Shown: positions 39,164-54,600, counted from the stretch's first letter. The stretch: 64,000 bases of DNA from Balanoglossus misakiensis (GCA_040954595.2 CM082585.2:11608979-11672978), one strand, 5' to 3'. Notes: a model not told the origin generated them from the letters alone. Numbers and translations are program-made.

Positions 39164-42100
39164 TCTACGACAGTGCAACTCATATCCCAGAAAAAAATTT
39201 ACTTGCCGCATGGACTGAAATATTCCCTGATAGATCCGAAGCAGCCTACCAGCCCCACAGGCAGATCCTCTTGGCATCATTTGTTGGTTGAGCCATTCCA
39301 TTTGGATTCAGGGGTGCCAGGATCATATGGAAGATGCTGTGTTAGTAGCTAGATCATGCTAATTATGGCTTATTATAAATCTGTGTGTCCATGTGTTTTT
39401 AATCAGGACTGTTTCATATTTTTATTTCCTTTTGTTTGGGTTATACATTTTTTCTTTCTAGCAATGCTGATGTAAATGTTACTGTAACATACATTTTTGT
39501 CATATACATAACTTTCATTGTGATATCATAAAATGCTCTTTTTTCACCCTGTCATGAAGACATGCACATAGTTTCGATCTTTTTTTGTATTTTGAAACGT
39601 GTAAGAAAACCATGAAATTTTACCCAAAACCTGTACAGAGAGACTTTATTCGTAACTCTTAGATCTAAGAGGATTTTGTTGGGATTTTTTTTGCATACTA
39701 ATTAGCTGATTTGCATAATCATCTTCATAACCTCTCTGACTAAACTTGCTTTGAGGTCTAAGTTATTCTAAATCAGCAACTTATACTCTGGTGGGGTTAC
39801 AAGAACAATTAAAGCATTATTAGGCCATGGTCAGCGATAATATAACAAAAAAACATCTGACTTGATGAAGTGTTCTCCGACTTTTTAACCCAAAAAATCA
39901 TTAGTTGCCAAACTTTGTAAATGGTAGTTGATATAATTTGATAACGTGCTTATATGAGCCCTATGTTTGTGTATTTTGTTCAGTGATATTTATAATATTT
40001 TTGGATTTAATTATGTTGAAAATTTAAATTTCTGTCATAATAGTATATTTTACTGACATGGACGCTATTTTGCAAGATATGCTTAGAATATTGGGACTGC
40101 AGGTACAAGAACTCTAAATAGGGTTTTTTTTTGTTTTTTTAATCTTTTATGTTTTGGGGTATACTGTATGACCGACAGACCATGATTTGTCAAAGATGTA
40201 ATATTTTTGAGAGGTTTAGCTGTTCTCTGTAAGATTTTAAAAAATGTAAACATAATTATTTTGTCATGGAACCTTTGTGTAATAAATGAATCTTCTGGAA
40301 TGAATAATCTGCAGTTGGTATTTAGCTGTTTAGTGGGAACATGAATTTGAATTTACCTGATGTTTTCTTCATCAATAGGTCAGTGTTTTGTGGTCACCCT
40401 CATCACAGACAGTCCTTATAATGCTGAAATGGACAGGGTTAGGTGCAGTAGGATTAAAATTGAATAGTTTCCTGTGAAAGGAGAAAATGGTCAGCCTCTG
40501 GAGCTTTGGGTGAGTTTCAAGTAGATTTTGGAATTATTTATATCCAGAGATCTGAAGGTGGATGACACCATTATTGTGGCCACCAATCATAATCAGTTGA
40601 ACCAACACACACTGTACCAAATATCGTTTGCATAACTAGGGCACAGGCTGTGTTAGTGTTCAAAGGGGTCTATTGAAAATTTCCCAGTAGAAGTGCAAGA
40701 GCATTAAATGGATAGACAGATGTAATTGTCAGCAATCTGACAGCTAATGACAAATCCGACTTGCAAGATAGTTTGTCGCCATAAAAATCTTGTCGTTTAT
40801 TTAAAAAATATTTGGTATGCGGGTCACTCTGGCCTGTCACCAAATGTGCATCCAGCAAAAAGACGCAATTGAATTGTGCCCTCTACCGTCTAATTATTAA
40901 AAACGGCAACAATCATGGTTGAACAGCAAGTCTATCGTAGAGGGCGTATATAACATGACGGCAACCCGCAGTTTCCCTCGTAGCATTGTCAAAACCACCA
41001 AATGCATCGATATGCAATTTTATAGATGCAATCTTCACTTTCGTTGCACTGGTACAGTAAGATACGTGATAAAGTTGTCTGTAGCATCGTCAGTGTTTGA
41101 AATCAGACCAACCGATTGTCCAAGCTCCCAACCAAACCTCTTTGACCGTACCTGTGCTCTTAAATAAAAAAAAAAAAAAACGGAAAACATCTGGGCTCGT
41201 AAAAGAAGTCGGTCAATTTACACATTCCCTCTTGAAAATGGAAATTGCTCGGGAATTTCGGTGTCTTTGGTACGGTGGAAGAGTTACGAGTGAAGTTGTC
41301 ATTTGCGCGGTGTGACATCCCCTAGGGCGTCCCGTCCTTTCAAAATCGTGCGTTCTCAGACCCAGTCTGACTTTTGGCACACCGACCCTTCCGACCAGAA
41401 ATCCGTGTCATCGTGCAAGCAATGTCACCTCCCATGCAGTTCTCATCCAACAAGCTACACACATTCAGTGTGTAACAACCGGGCCCGAGGCGCGATTTGT
41501 AAAGATGGCGCTCCAGTTTACACGGTGACTTTGGCCAATTTTCATTCTAGTTGTAAGCTCGTCGGTTTCACATATCGAAGCCACCTGTTGGATCATTCGA
41601 GAATGTTGAGAGTTCTCTCCCCACCCCTCCCTCCCTGTCCTCCCTCCTCTCTTCGGACAGAAATTGGGCCAGTACAGATGTCAACGCCCTTAGCGTAGAC
41701 CACGGCCTTAGAAAACTCAACAAATTATAATCATTTATCGCCAGGTGAATGCATGTCGAGAAGAAGACAAAACATTTCGACTCAAATTTATTTTCTCGGC
41801 TACACAGCTTCGGTTGGTTGGTATGGAAGGTGACCGTACCTTATCTGATGAAAACGAACGTCTCAATTAATAATCTAGCTTCCCACCCTCTAAGTCACAC
41901 TATATAATTTAACTCGTACAAAAGCTTTTTTTAATTCCCATCGGAAAAAGGCGATGAACAAGTTAGACCACAATCCTAAATCATCTCAGTTTAGTATAAT
42001 AAATAATAATAACTTCGCAGAACTTGTAGGCATTTTTGTGTCAAGAATATGTTTGTTTCATCAATGGCTTCGACTATACGATGGATCTAAACAGTAAACG

Positions 42101-45100
42101 TTGAATTGTGGTTATGGTTCCACTGTTTTAGAATCACAGGGAAAAACCACAGCAGACAACGGTGACTGGTGTTTGGGCAGGGTATAATAGAAGGCACGCG
42201 GTGCACAATGTCCGCAGACCACAACATCGATGATTAACCCTCTGTGAAGTGAAAAACTAACGATTTCTTTCTGCATTTCTTGCTCTTTGGTAGCAACTAA
42301 TAAATTACACGATTTGTTTTTGGTTCCATCGATAACTGGAGTGTGTTGCTAGAACCGTCGGTCGCCCATTGACCGTACTTGTTAATGAGAGTTGCAGTGT
42401 CTCATTGACAAGTGGTGTTACCGGTACATGTACCCCTGCATACTTTCGACACATTCACTTTGATTTACTGCATTTTATTCGGCTTGATTGGTCCCGTCAG
42501 AAGGTGGTGAGTGAGATAAATTAGATCAACATCTCCAACTCCTCACTCAAAGCCAATACGCTGTCACCCCCGTCACACCCACGACAAACCCCCATCAATA
42601 GACAGAAAGATTAATGGAATACTCCATCAATGCTTAACAACCACCTTCATTTCGATATAATCTCTTTGTTTTCTTCTGTTGTGTTTTGACACGTGACAGA
42701 TTCCACTGACAAGATGCAGTACAAGTACGTCTGTACACAAAATTTAGAAAATAAATAAATAAAAATACGCCCCAAGGTAACATTTCTCACCAGCTTTTGA
42801 ACAAACTGTCAAATCCTCTCAATTCTGGCTTGTTTGAATTATTAGTCTAATTGATATTGATTGTCATCACACTTTGGTCTGCTGTGGTGTGTTTTGGCAT
42901 TATCGAGTCGCAACAGGTGGTCAACCGTTTACAGGGTGGGTATCAGGCAAACTCCCGGCAGGATGCATAACTCCCAGTGTCTGGGCGAGTGATTGTAGAT
43001 TTTGACATAAACAGAGTGAATTTTATATTCACGCTTTCACGAAAAACTGCATCATCTGTGGTTGAGGGCGCCATAATGTTATCCGGAAGAGACAAGTCAA
43101 CCGAGTTGTCATTGCCTAAAAAAAAGTTCCAGCTCAAAGCAATCAGTCGCATTAGAAAAACGAATACATTGTACTAGTATATAACTAAGCCCGTCTTTGC
43201 CCCATCCTGAGAATTTCTAAAGTCATTGCCTGAAGATACTTGTCGGACAACACTGTCTGTATATGGAAGTACTACTCAATTCAGATACACAGGTTCGTGG
43301 GAATTACACGAACTTCCTGCGTGCATGCGCCATCTGTCGACAGCACGTGTCTCCCGTGATTTGTGCGTGGAGTGCCCCAGTTCTTGGACACCACAATTTG
43401 ATTGGCAGATGCAATGACATGTGAAACACGGTCTAAGTATAGATCTGTGGCTTCGTCTTTCTGACGCTGTGCGGCCAAAATATCCATGTCAAAAGTTTAC
43501 CAGAACACGGTACCCAGAAACCGACGAACTCGTGTCGCTATGGGTCACCGATGTATAGGTCTCATTGCATTCCTGCTTCAGTACACCAACGGCATCTTGT
43601 GGCAGGTAAAACTGTCTTCACATAGTGGACTACTGTTTTCTCTTCTGGGAATGGCCGCCACGAAGCCCGCTTGCGGCTCAAGTCGACGTCCAGTCGAAAT
43701 GTAGGTCTACTTCCCCGAAGCCACAATGAAACCACAAGACATGTGATCTTTGTGGCGAAGCGAGGGATAAACGACTCGATTTTGCTGGCCGTGAAACCAC
43801 CCAGTTGAATCTATCATTTTCACATCATTTATAACAGAAGAGAGCGCAGTATTGCTATTGAGTACAAACGATGCATCAAAAACTTACACCTTTGTGTTCT
43901 TAACGTTCAGTCCGTTTTTCCTCCGCTGAACCACGTGGCTGAACGCATTACACGCACCACTAACGCATAAATGAACACATTTGCACAAAGAACGAAATGC
44001 CTCAAGGGCAACCAGGCCTCTCAATGTCACTGCCAATCAAAAATTGTAAAGTCTGTCCAAACTTCCATGTCTTTGTTTTGTGGTAAACAAGTTTTCTCTT
44101 AGAAATTGGCCCTTCAAACGGCCGAAACCTTGCGGCTGTTTGTAATTGGACAAATTCTGTTGTGTCACGTGACAATGTGCTATTTCTACACCAATGACGC
44201 ATGTTTCAATACCAGAAATCTGCATAACAACACCACTGATTCAGATCGACCAGGTGAGGTTACACATGACTTTGACCTACTGACCTATTGGCGCATCCCG
44301 AAGATAGATGAGACTGAACAAACAACCCGTCCAGAATTTGACAGCTAGCTTTCGAAGGATATTTTGATGACTCCCACTGCTTTTGTAAGTTCCAACTTCA
44401 GCTGGGACTTACAAAAATGTACACAAAGCGCATGCTGAGTGAAAATTCAAGGACTCTTAATATACTCTGGGTGTATTCTAGTCATTCGTCAAGTTCAAGG
44501 GCGTAGTCGTATTCAAGCAAACTTAGATTTCATGTCAATTTTCAGACAAGGCTACGGAGGAAGCAGATCTGCTGATCAGGTTACGGTTGACGACAGACAG
44601 TCCCGGTGCTCGAGATAAAGTCTGATGTCTTTCATTGCCCCTGTGTGGCCAAAATTCTTCAGCAGGGTAAAATTTCTTGGCTTCATCAATCAGTGACACG
44701 GCAGCGTGAGATTGGGTTAGGGGGACGACGCCCGACCCTTTCAAAATCTGCCAACCGTTTTCAATCATCTTCCACAAGACCTTCTCTTCTAACATGTTTT
44801 CCTGCAGACTACAGATGGACCACTAGAACATTTGTATCAACCATTAGATTCGGTTGTTTCATTTCTAGGTGGTCTCTTCACAGTATAAGAGAATATATCT
44901 GATACTGGGACAGTGACAGGCCTTGGCGTTTGATAAATAGTCATGATGAAAGTGTCGGGAATATCGACCACACCAATAATCGCTGTCGATTTCTTGAGTG
45001 ATTCGAAGTGGCAAAAACATCTGCAGATAATTGTAGACAAGATTCAGACTACATAAAATAAGCAAACAATGATTTAGACATCAAAACAAGAAAAATCGCC

Positions 45101-48100
45101 GCCTTTAGTGCATCAAAAATAAACACGAAATCATTTTGTCAGCCATTAATCACTACTCAGGTAGTTGTCAATGGTAATCGGCCGGGTAGGCGCACTTTGT
45201 AAGTTCCAAACTCTCAGTAAAAAATGACACCCTCCCCGGCAAACGTTACTGTTAATCCCTTAATTCTTTTCGCCGTAAAACATACAACACTTCTTTAATA
45301 TGACTGTACACTAGCATGTGCCCTGCGTTGATCCCGAAAAAGGGGCACATTCTCCGATTTACTCGGGGTCAAAATTGGCCGACAGGTCAAGGTGACATTG
45401 CGAAATCTACCAGGAAAAGTTGTACATTCTTAGAATCCGCCACCCCTCTGGAATTCTGGAGTTAAATGATGGAGTTATTAGCGATAAAGCTAAAATCACA
45501 GCATTGAAACGGTCAACTTTAAAGGTCCACTATCTGTAATTTTAGACTATTTTTCAGTACATGTAGTTTTGTTCTGTGTATCAACCATGGTTTATTCATT
45601 GGTTGGCTTCTACTGCGATGGCGTCCCTGTATGTTTAACATTAGATCGCGTGTTATGGTTGCCTTACGATGTGCCCTAGATTTGAATGAGCCTTCTCCTG
45701 GTTCTGTGGCCCAATTCAATGAGGAGTGTCATTCACCTCAACAGAGCGATCATTGAAGACGCCTGAGCTTGATACTCCAAGTCAAAGAATTGTGTGTCCC
45801 GAAAGATACTAGTAGTTCACTGCAAGACTTTTACTAATAGGCAGTGACTCTAAGAACGTTATTGATGAACGCGGCAAAATTATAAAAATAATATGAAAAG
45901 TTACGTCTACGTCTAGTACCAGGCACTCCATGTTTTGATCCTGTTCAACCCCCTCGCTGTCAGAGTTGATATTTAATTACAGTTGCTGGTTCGATTCCCG
46001 AAAGCATGATGGATTTCTCACGGCAACTATGTGAATAGTCAGTATTGTTTTGTTGGAAAGTTGAGTTTGTATTCAGGAGATGTTGATACTAGCTACACCG
46101 GGCAGTCCGAGATTAGAGAGAACAGTAGAACACTGTGTGAAACACACTAAAACAAAACACTGATACTAGTCTCGTAGTGGGTCTACATGTTTCCACGTTT
46201 GTGAATATCCCTAGGCGAGGCATGTCAGTCATCGCGCGCCAACTACGTCAAATCATTATCAACAAAGTCTGTGTAGCCAAAGGCAGAAATGCATTAACCT
46301 TTCAGCTGTGGAATCTGTCAAAATTATAACATGTATCAGGACCAGAATCCCTCGAAGTCCACTTTTCCTAAAGCTCCCTGAAGGGAGCTTTCCTTTTTTA
46401 TCGAGAGGGGGTGGACCGGAGGAATGGTGGTGGTGGTGGGAGGGGGATCCCACAATGCATCAGTAAACCAGCAGAGAACCCTAATTGTTGATTGGCCTTC
46501 CGCTCATTCTGGATGATAATTGCCTCTGTCTTAAAAGACATAAAACATATAGCTTTGGTGCTTCCCATCAGTTTGAAGGTGATGCATTAACTTTTGACTT
46601 TCAAACACGATTAGATACTTCAGAAAGCCCCAGACGACATGTAAACAGTTGCCTCAATCGATCAAATACTTGTTGTGCCACGCCACTTGTAATTTTCGAA
46701 CCCATCACACACAAGTGCACGTACCTGTTTTAGACTTTCAAATCATTATGGTGGAAGTTAACTGATAGCTGGTTGCATGGATGTCTAACATCGTATTCAC
46801 CACCTAACCCAATTACATTGAGATTCTAGTGTACCGTTTGTGTGAACGACATTTTTGGTGCGGTACCAATTTTATTGGACGTGAGCGCTTTAATTATCGG
46901 ATGATGCTGAACTCATGATTATCGTGTGATTACAAATGTCTTCAAGGTAACGAACCGTTTTAATATATAATCGAGTTTTACGATCAAGTCTGACAACATG
47001 GGGGTTGGGGTAAGAAAGAAACGCGACGCTAAACGGTTCAGTTGATTTTATTTCTGTGAACAGGATAGTAAGTTCAGGGTCATTCAAGAGCGGATTGAAT
47101 CGATATCAAACAAAAAAAACGCCAGACTCGTGTTGATGTTGAACTGCGCTGAAGTATGTGGCAACGCCCTGGTACTCAGATAGTCTTGCAACATTGGCTA
47201 GTTTAATTGTTTAGTTATATACGGGGCTGTGGTAACGGCATTAACGTTGATGATGACGGTGGTGGTGGTGGTGGTGGTGATGATGATGATCTGCTGTACT
47301 TTCAAATTTCGAATGTTGAAAATGTTTCTCAACTCATCACTATGTTCCTGCAGTTACACTCATTTACAATGTACTTTCGTGGGAAAATATATGCGAGCAA
47401 AAAGGCCAACGCAGGCGATGTTGTCTTCGACCGATTTAGTGGTAAAATTGTCGGCAAGTCGTAAAAACGTCCGCATCTTGTTTTGTTAAACCCTAAAACC
47501 TAACTTTGGCGGTATCAATTTGTTGATATAAGCATTTCGGTTCACCTGAATTGTTCGTCGGATAATTTTATATGCCCCGTACTTTTCCGAACCGTGCCAT
47601 TGTCTTGAAGCCGTAAAAAACGCATCATGGGCTATGAAGGCAATAAAAGTACACGAAGCACCATTTCAGGATTTTCCTCTGATGTCCCCCGAACACAGAC
47701 ATTCTTTGAAATCAAACCAGGTCGAACCATTGTTTATTTGTCAAGAGACTTGAAATTCACGGCGTGGGATCTCAACCTATGTTGTAAATCTAAGCAGAAC
47801 TCTGTGTATTTGATTATTTTTAAACTATGTTGCTTTTAAAATCTTCGCCTCGACATGAGTACAAGCACGTACACAGGTAGAGTTCCCATGGATAATCACA
47901 GAGGCCTTCACGAAGGATACCTTCCGATCCAGCGCGATCCATCGGCCACCCTGTAGTAAAATTTCGTGGAGATCCGCTGCCGGCGACACAATTAAGTATT
48001 AAAACGTCTGAATCTTAAAAAGTACCAAGCTCCTGTAAATTAGTGACCAGTCAAGACATAAAATCTCACGGCTAAAATCATTAAAAATGTCGTAAATATG

Positions 48101-50937
48101 TAAGATACAACTCTCATGGTTAAAGTCATTAAATCGTCGTAAAAATATAAAATACAACTGTTTGTACGGATCTCGAAGTTGTGCCATAAAAGTGTACTGA
48201 TGCGCACGTCTCGCATGCCATAAAACGGTACTAAATCTTTCCAAGCGAGTCACGTGTCGGTATGTTGGTACAACAGTCATGATGGTACGTCTGCTGTGGT
48301 TGACCACATCAAAGCTTGAGAGATTTCTTTTTTTTCGAAGCGGTACTTTATTTATGTTGGGTTTTCATCAGGGTCATGGTTCTCTTAGAGAGAATACTTT
48401 CTTGATTTGCTACGTGTATGGAACATTAACAGTGATCAACATAACTTGTTGTGTTCAGGTCAAACTTCAAACCACCATAAAGCCGTCATGGAAAACGCCC
48501 TGTTTTGGTGTATATCAGATTTCACACAACGTGCCACCAAAATGTCCTCTTCGTTCACTAGAAAGTAATCGTTTTGCACCGATACAAACTGACTACTGGC
48601 CAACATCCCCCCCCCCCCCCCGCCGCCGCACACCGGTGTTTCAGCTCAGAAGACTTGGCAGAAGTCTGTCAATACCGTATCTCAAGAACGGCTAGACAGA
48701 TTTAAATCCAAATTGTATGCATGTACAGTCAGAATGGCAAGAATTGCCGATTTTTATAAAATTTGCAAGAGACACTATTCTCGCACAGATCTATCCACGA
48801 TCACTACCATTCCCCTCCAACAAACACTATTACAACTAAAGACCAAGAAAATATGATAAATTTGGGTTGCCACTTCGAAATTCCTAAACGCACTCCAAAA
48901 TGAAAGGTCATATCCCCGCAAGGACCCAGAAGTGATCAGGGGGTTAAAATAACAGGCTAGGACAGTTAGGAAATCATTTGTCTTTGTGCAGTTGTCTAAC
49001 GTATCAGTCATCACTTGGAGAAGTCTGTTGTGCAGATCTGCAGTCGAGGTCACTGAATGACATACACAGACACGTGACTTCTGGGTAACTCGGCTTGGTC
49101 AGTTAGGTCGCAAATATTAAGTGTGAATACATGTATTGTTCATTCTGTCAATGACAAACCATTGATTGGCAAATGACGTCAAAACCGATTCAGTATTATA
49201 CACATCAGATAACAAAAATGCATATTTATGAAGAAAAGATTCATCTATAACCAGTGCTATTAGTAGTGGTAAGCGTTGCCGCCTCCTAGCCACATCAGTC
49301 AAGACTGACCCGACCCTTGTAAAGCTAAAAATCCAGTAAAAGAAAGGTTGATGAACGCCAACACGAAGACTAAACAAATATAGTTTGTCAGAGTTTTCTT
49401 GTCCGTAGCTGGCCATCGTGTCTCCAAAAGGCTAATCAACTATCTTCAGTTTTCCCCGGATGTCGAGGGACTCGACCTATTTTCTTATCAAAGTCTGTGC
49501 GATTGGATTCCACTGTCAGACTGTAAGCAACCAGTTAGTTCGCCTTTTTTTTCCATTCCGGCGTCTAACAAAAAAACACGGGGAAGTCTCCAGAAAACGG
49601 GTCATGTGACCACTTCTCCAATGTCATTTTTTGCGTGCGTGATGAATTATGCCCTTTAGTTGATCATGTGGTCCGTACACGCCGAACAAGCACTTGAAAG
49701 ATATCGTGTATATTTTGGTACTCGATGATGTCCATCAAATTGTGCCTATTATCTGAGCCAGTGTTCTGGTTGTGTCTAAAGTTAGAGAGATACACAGCTG
49801 TTTCGTGCCTATATGGCCAGTGCAAAACACTCATACGGGATATCAGACATTTTAATAGACCAGTTTCTGAACTCCACGAAAAGCTAGGTCGACTTCTCGT
49901 GAGATCTCGCAATGAGCGGGAAATCATCTGTGATCGCATCTGTCCAGATCGGGATGACAGGACGGGATGACTTTTGAACAGCATTGTCTTTAATATCACA
50001 GTGAGCGCAAGACATATCTTTGTTATCACAGCGGGTGTTTAATTCATTCACATATCGGAAACGTGACGAAAAAAAAATGAAAAGGAGCGGAGTAGAACGA
50101 TCAGATTAAGGTCGGCACTGCGGGATGCTGCCAGATGAATTTTAAATGTAATGTGATCATTGGTATGAAAGAGTTCGCAACTTAGAATGGCACGTTGTCT
50201 TAGCTACTGTCTCTGAAGCGATGAAATTTCGACAGAAATCTGAATTTAGGGTCATTGACCTTAGATCTTTCGATTCTTCAGACTGCCTGTCACGTGGTGA
50301 TTGTCACAATGATGACGCCGCCGTCTATCGGTGATCGATCGATGTCACGAGCATGCGGAGATTAGCGCCACCCTTTGTCGTTAAGAATCCTACAAAAGGC
50401 AAAGTGATGGAAAATTGTCGAATCAAAATTGACAAATATTTGTACAGCCACTTAAAAATCTATGTTTGTGTGTAGTCAATCCAGTCGCCATGGATACGCC
50501 CTGATGAAATCTGGTCACGTGGTTTAAACCGACGTGAACGCTCCAGTGTTGGTTCTGGAATTTCTCATAAACGAATGGGACCTTGTAGACAACCAGCGAA
50601 CAAGATTAAAATTGTATTTTGTTAGGCATGTAGGAAATCAATCAATCAATTGATCAACCAATTATTCCACCCGGAGACGTCTTCGCGTAAATTGCCTTAG
50701 AAACACAACGCACTTAAGAAACATTTACACGTGAAGGCATGTTCCTATAGAAAGGACACTGTTAGTCTGTACATACAAGTTTTAGGACAATTTCCTCGGG
50801 CACCCGTTTTCTGCTTTATCCGAAGTAACAATCACAGTTACGTAGCGCCAGGATTTGACATCAAAAAGTAATTTTATCAGTGACTGGTGGACACTGAAGC
50901 AAATTTGAGCACACTTTATCGCGTGACGGGGTGTTAA

Positions 50938-51056
50938 GGCCAGGTACGGACAAATTCAGATCTAGTGTCCGCGTCTTTTGTAATCTACAGAAGTGACACA
51001 AAAGACTGATTTGTCATTCTTCATTTTGTATATCGTGAATTTATACGTACCTGGCC
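50938..51056. mobile_element. Short MITE with GGCCAGGTACG terminal inverted repeats
   Basis: ttaa-GGCCAGGTACG...CGTACCTGGCC. The internal GGACAAATTCAGATCT also occurs at ~5132, and another terminus AGGCCAGGTACG is at ~51447. Confidence 0.5.
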
Positions 51057-51299
51057 TCACCAAGTTGGAAGGAGTTTTGACGAAACTGCCAGCGCAGTTC
51101 GTTCGAATGAAAACGTAAACTAGACAGGTAGATTTGTTTTCTGCGAGAAGAGAACGCGTGATGTTGCGTGATTCAGTCTGCGGATTTTTTTTTTTTGGCT
51201 TCGGGATGGGGAAACTTCATAATGAGGTGATGCCGAAAGCGAGGCTGGCTTTTAGGGTCAGGAGTGATGGATCCAGTTGCTTGGGATCCGGAGGTCTCA

Positions 51300-51495
51300 C
51301 TTTGGAAGTAGGGACATGCCCCGGGGGGGACATGTTGCAGCATGTCTGTCAGAGAGAACATTTTGTCAACCTGAATGTTCGGCACAACAGGTAAAACAAT
51401 TATGCAGCGATTTGAAAGAGTTTGACTGCAGGTCAAAGGGCAAAGTAGGCCAGGTACGAACAATGTCATGAATAATTTTGTGGTATAAATAGAGC
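51300..51495 (+). promoter_or_regulatory. Sulfotransferase promoter: TATA box, DR1-like nuclear-receptor element, p53-like decamers
   Basis: TATAAATA at 51484; AGGTCA-A-AGGGCA at 51430-51442; GGACATGCCC (51312), GGACATGTTG and CAGCATGTCT (51328-51347). Confidence 0.4.
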
Positions 51496-51621
51496 GCTCC
51501 CCCAGTTATAAGCGATATTTTATACGCAGGGAGCGTCGAGTCGGGCTGTATCAATTAGCGTGGTCTATACGCTGGGACTAATAAAAACACACACCAACAC
51601 ACTTCGCACTAGGCATACAAG

Positions 51622-54600
51622 ATGGCGGAGGCCCAAGAGAAAGTGCCTTGGAGAAAGTCTTACTTTTTCAAACCTGGATATGTACTGCCGTGCATCATGG
51701 AAAAGAACAATGTGGAAAAGAACGTGAAGAATTTTGAGGTCAGGGAAGACGATGTTTTTTTGGTTACCTATCCAAAAGCCGGTAAGTGTCTCCGTCACGC
51801 CCCACGCGCGCGCGTTACCCATTTGCCGGTTTTTCGCGGACACCCTCGGATCGGTCAATGCATACCGTTGTCGCATGGTTTCGAATTCGATGACAATTAA
51901 AAAAAAACATGATAATATCAGCCTGTACGGTCAAATTTTATGGATTCTTCTGATGGTTTTAAAAGCGCGCTTTGGTTCATGCGACTATTTATTTCAATTT
52001 ATTATTTTAAAACATGAATGTCCACGAGTAAAAACCAGTTGTCGAGGCCAATCTACGAAACGTAAACACGCAGGAAATTTGTGGTTCAACATTCGCTTAG
52101 CAAACTATAATTGTGTTTTCATTGATCGAGGTAGCATTTCGGCGGCAATGATTGTCGACGCGCAACCTTGGAAATAACTTATTTTATCATTGAAGTGCCG
52201 TGTTCGATCATTCCTATAAAACAGATGATAAACGACATGGTCAGTGAAACTGCCGCCATTGGCCAATAAGCCTATTGCAAATTTAAGAAAACTTCAAACA
52301 TCCTCCGCCCTCGGTATTTTGGGATTTAGTATCTGGTCTTACTGGGTGTAACTTCACACGGCATTAAAGTTTCAACATGTAACCACCAAGAAAGTTATTC
52401 GAAGTGCAGTGGCCTGGATCAGATGTCAGTTGAATGCTTGCGTGGATCAGATGTCAGATGTCCGGATTTCTGATGATGCATTGTTGATTCTAATCCCAGT
52501 TATGTTATGGTCCCGTGTTGAAGTTGGGAGGTCGTCCACTCAAAGTGCTTGTCAAACACTCTTCAGTCCAAACCTGAACTAAAACATTGTCCTCGGCGGC
52601 AGGAAATTGTATTGATGTAGATACCTCAGGCGTAAACAGAATCGGGTCACCCCCTGCTCCAGTCCCCAACACACTCAGATGCACTTATGTCTCCACATAT
52701 AAACCTAAATAGCCTGCGCGAAATAGGATACACGTTATTCATGTTGGCAAAATCTTTGAAAATGTGCAGTGATGCTGCACGGGTTTACCCCCCCCCCCCG
52801 CCTCAATAAATTGCGTCCTTGGATACAGATATGTGCCGCTTCCTTTTAGTGAAATTGAATTTGAAATTATTTTCCAAATTTAAAAGTAGCTCTAGAAACT
52901 GGTCATGGTGGATGTAACAAATAGTGTTCGTTTGTGTGTGTGTCCGTCTGCCTGCCTGTCTGCCTGCCTGTGTGTGTGTGTGTCTGTGTCCGTCTGTGTC
53001 TGTGTCCGTCTGCCTGTGTGTGTGTGTGTGTCCGTCTGCCTGTCTGCCTGCCTGCCTGCCTATGTGTGTGTGTGTGTGTGTGTGTGTGTCCATAACCCGA
53101 CAAACAGAGGAGCATAGTATTCCATCCTAACTCTCCTTTATTCAATCAACAGGGACGAATTGGACTATAGAAATCATTGATGCTATTCATAACATTGATA
53201 ATCTAGAAGTTCTCAAGACTAGAACATTGATGGAAAAAATGCCGATGTTGGAACTGGGACCATCCATCCATCCCGAACTGGCTGAAGATGGTATCGTTGG
53301 TATCCCGTCTAACATAGAAGCATGTATAAACAAACTGCCTTCTCCAAGGAGACTTCCAACGCATCTGACGCCAGAGCTTTCCCCGGCACAGTTGTTTACG
53401 AAGAAGCCGAAGGTAGGTCTAGTCAAGGTGTTTGGATAAAGCAAAAGTAGGTAGACGGTTCTGTATGTGCTGAAACCAAACGCCTGTATGCAGTTGATGC
53501 TAACACTCAGACGAGCAGTTCGCTCACTTCAGAAAACGAGGATCTGTCTGTCTCTGTCGATGTATTACTCTGTCACAAACGTGACACTAATAATATGACG
53601 TCAGAACCCTTGTGTACCATGTTTGTTGTCACTTCCCTCTTCTGCAGACCATCGTGGTGGACAGAAATCCCAAGGATTGCATTGTGTCCCTACTGGGTTG
53701 GCATTCGTCGACGCGTTTCCTACAACCTGTCACGTGGGACGAGATGTTCGATGCCTACATGAAAGGGCACAGTAAGTTTGGCACTAAGTATAAGAAAGTT
53801 GACGAGAACACCTCACACTCAATTAGATGTAACTTTTGTCTTTTTTTTACCGATTTTATTCCGTGCATCAACAGCAGTGTCGTGTGATTCGGCTCTACAA
53901 AGCTTCAAAGACATGGAATGACGTGCTCACCAGACCTCTCCAACCCCGGTTGCGGAGCGCCATCACCGTCAGAGACACCGTTAACTTTGTGTATTTGTTT
54001 TTCTTTTTGGTACAACAGCGGAATATGGTGATTATTGTGACTTCACCATAAAATGGGCAAAGTATAAAGACGAGCCGTGGGTATTATGGCTACGATTCGA
54101 AGACATGAAAAAGGTAGGATTTCACCATCGCTAATTTTAGAATGGCTAAAACTTTCACTGGGCACACAGAAAGACTTAAGGGGATTTCGTTTGCTTTTTT
54201 TTTCAGGACCACAAGGGATGCTGCAGAAAGATTGCTGACCATTTGGGCAAGACATTGACAGAAGAACAGTTAGATGAAGTCGTCCACATAACCAGCTTCG
54301 AATACATGAAACAGGCCAATGCAACTATCAAGGGTCGCCAGATGATGCTTCGACCGGAAGGCAATTGGCAGAGAAAGGGTAAAAAAGACATTCGAAATTT
54401 CTTCATTCAAAACGGTTCCTTTATTATTTTGTCAGTGTAAGAACGGCAATAACACAAATGGAGCTCATTTTAACATAATTCAAGTTTAATTACGTCATTG
54501 TAACATATTATTTTCTAGTTTGGACTTAAGCTGTTATCGTTGTTTTTCGTTCGTACGTGGAAAGGAGATAGACTGACTGGAATTGACAAATTATGTCTTC

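Noticed and set aside
43200-50030. ORFs of 60-140 aa in the intergenic region
   Set aside because: No recognisable protein family, and no phase-consistent exon chain could be built by eye.
52803-53145. THTH/CVCV-rich ORFs
   Set aside because: Translations of microsatellite sequence.
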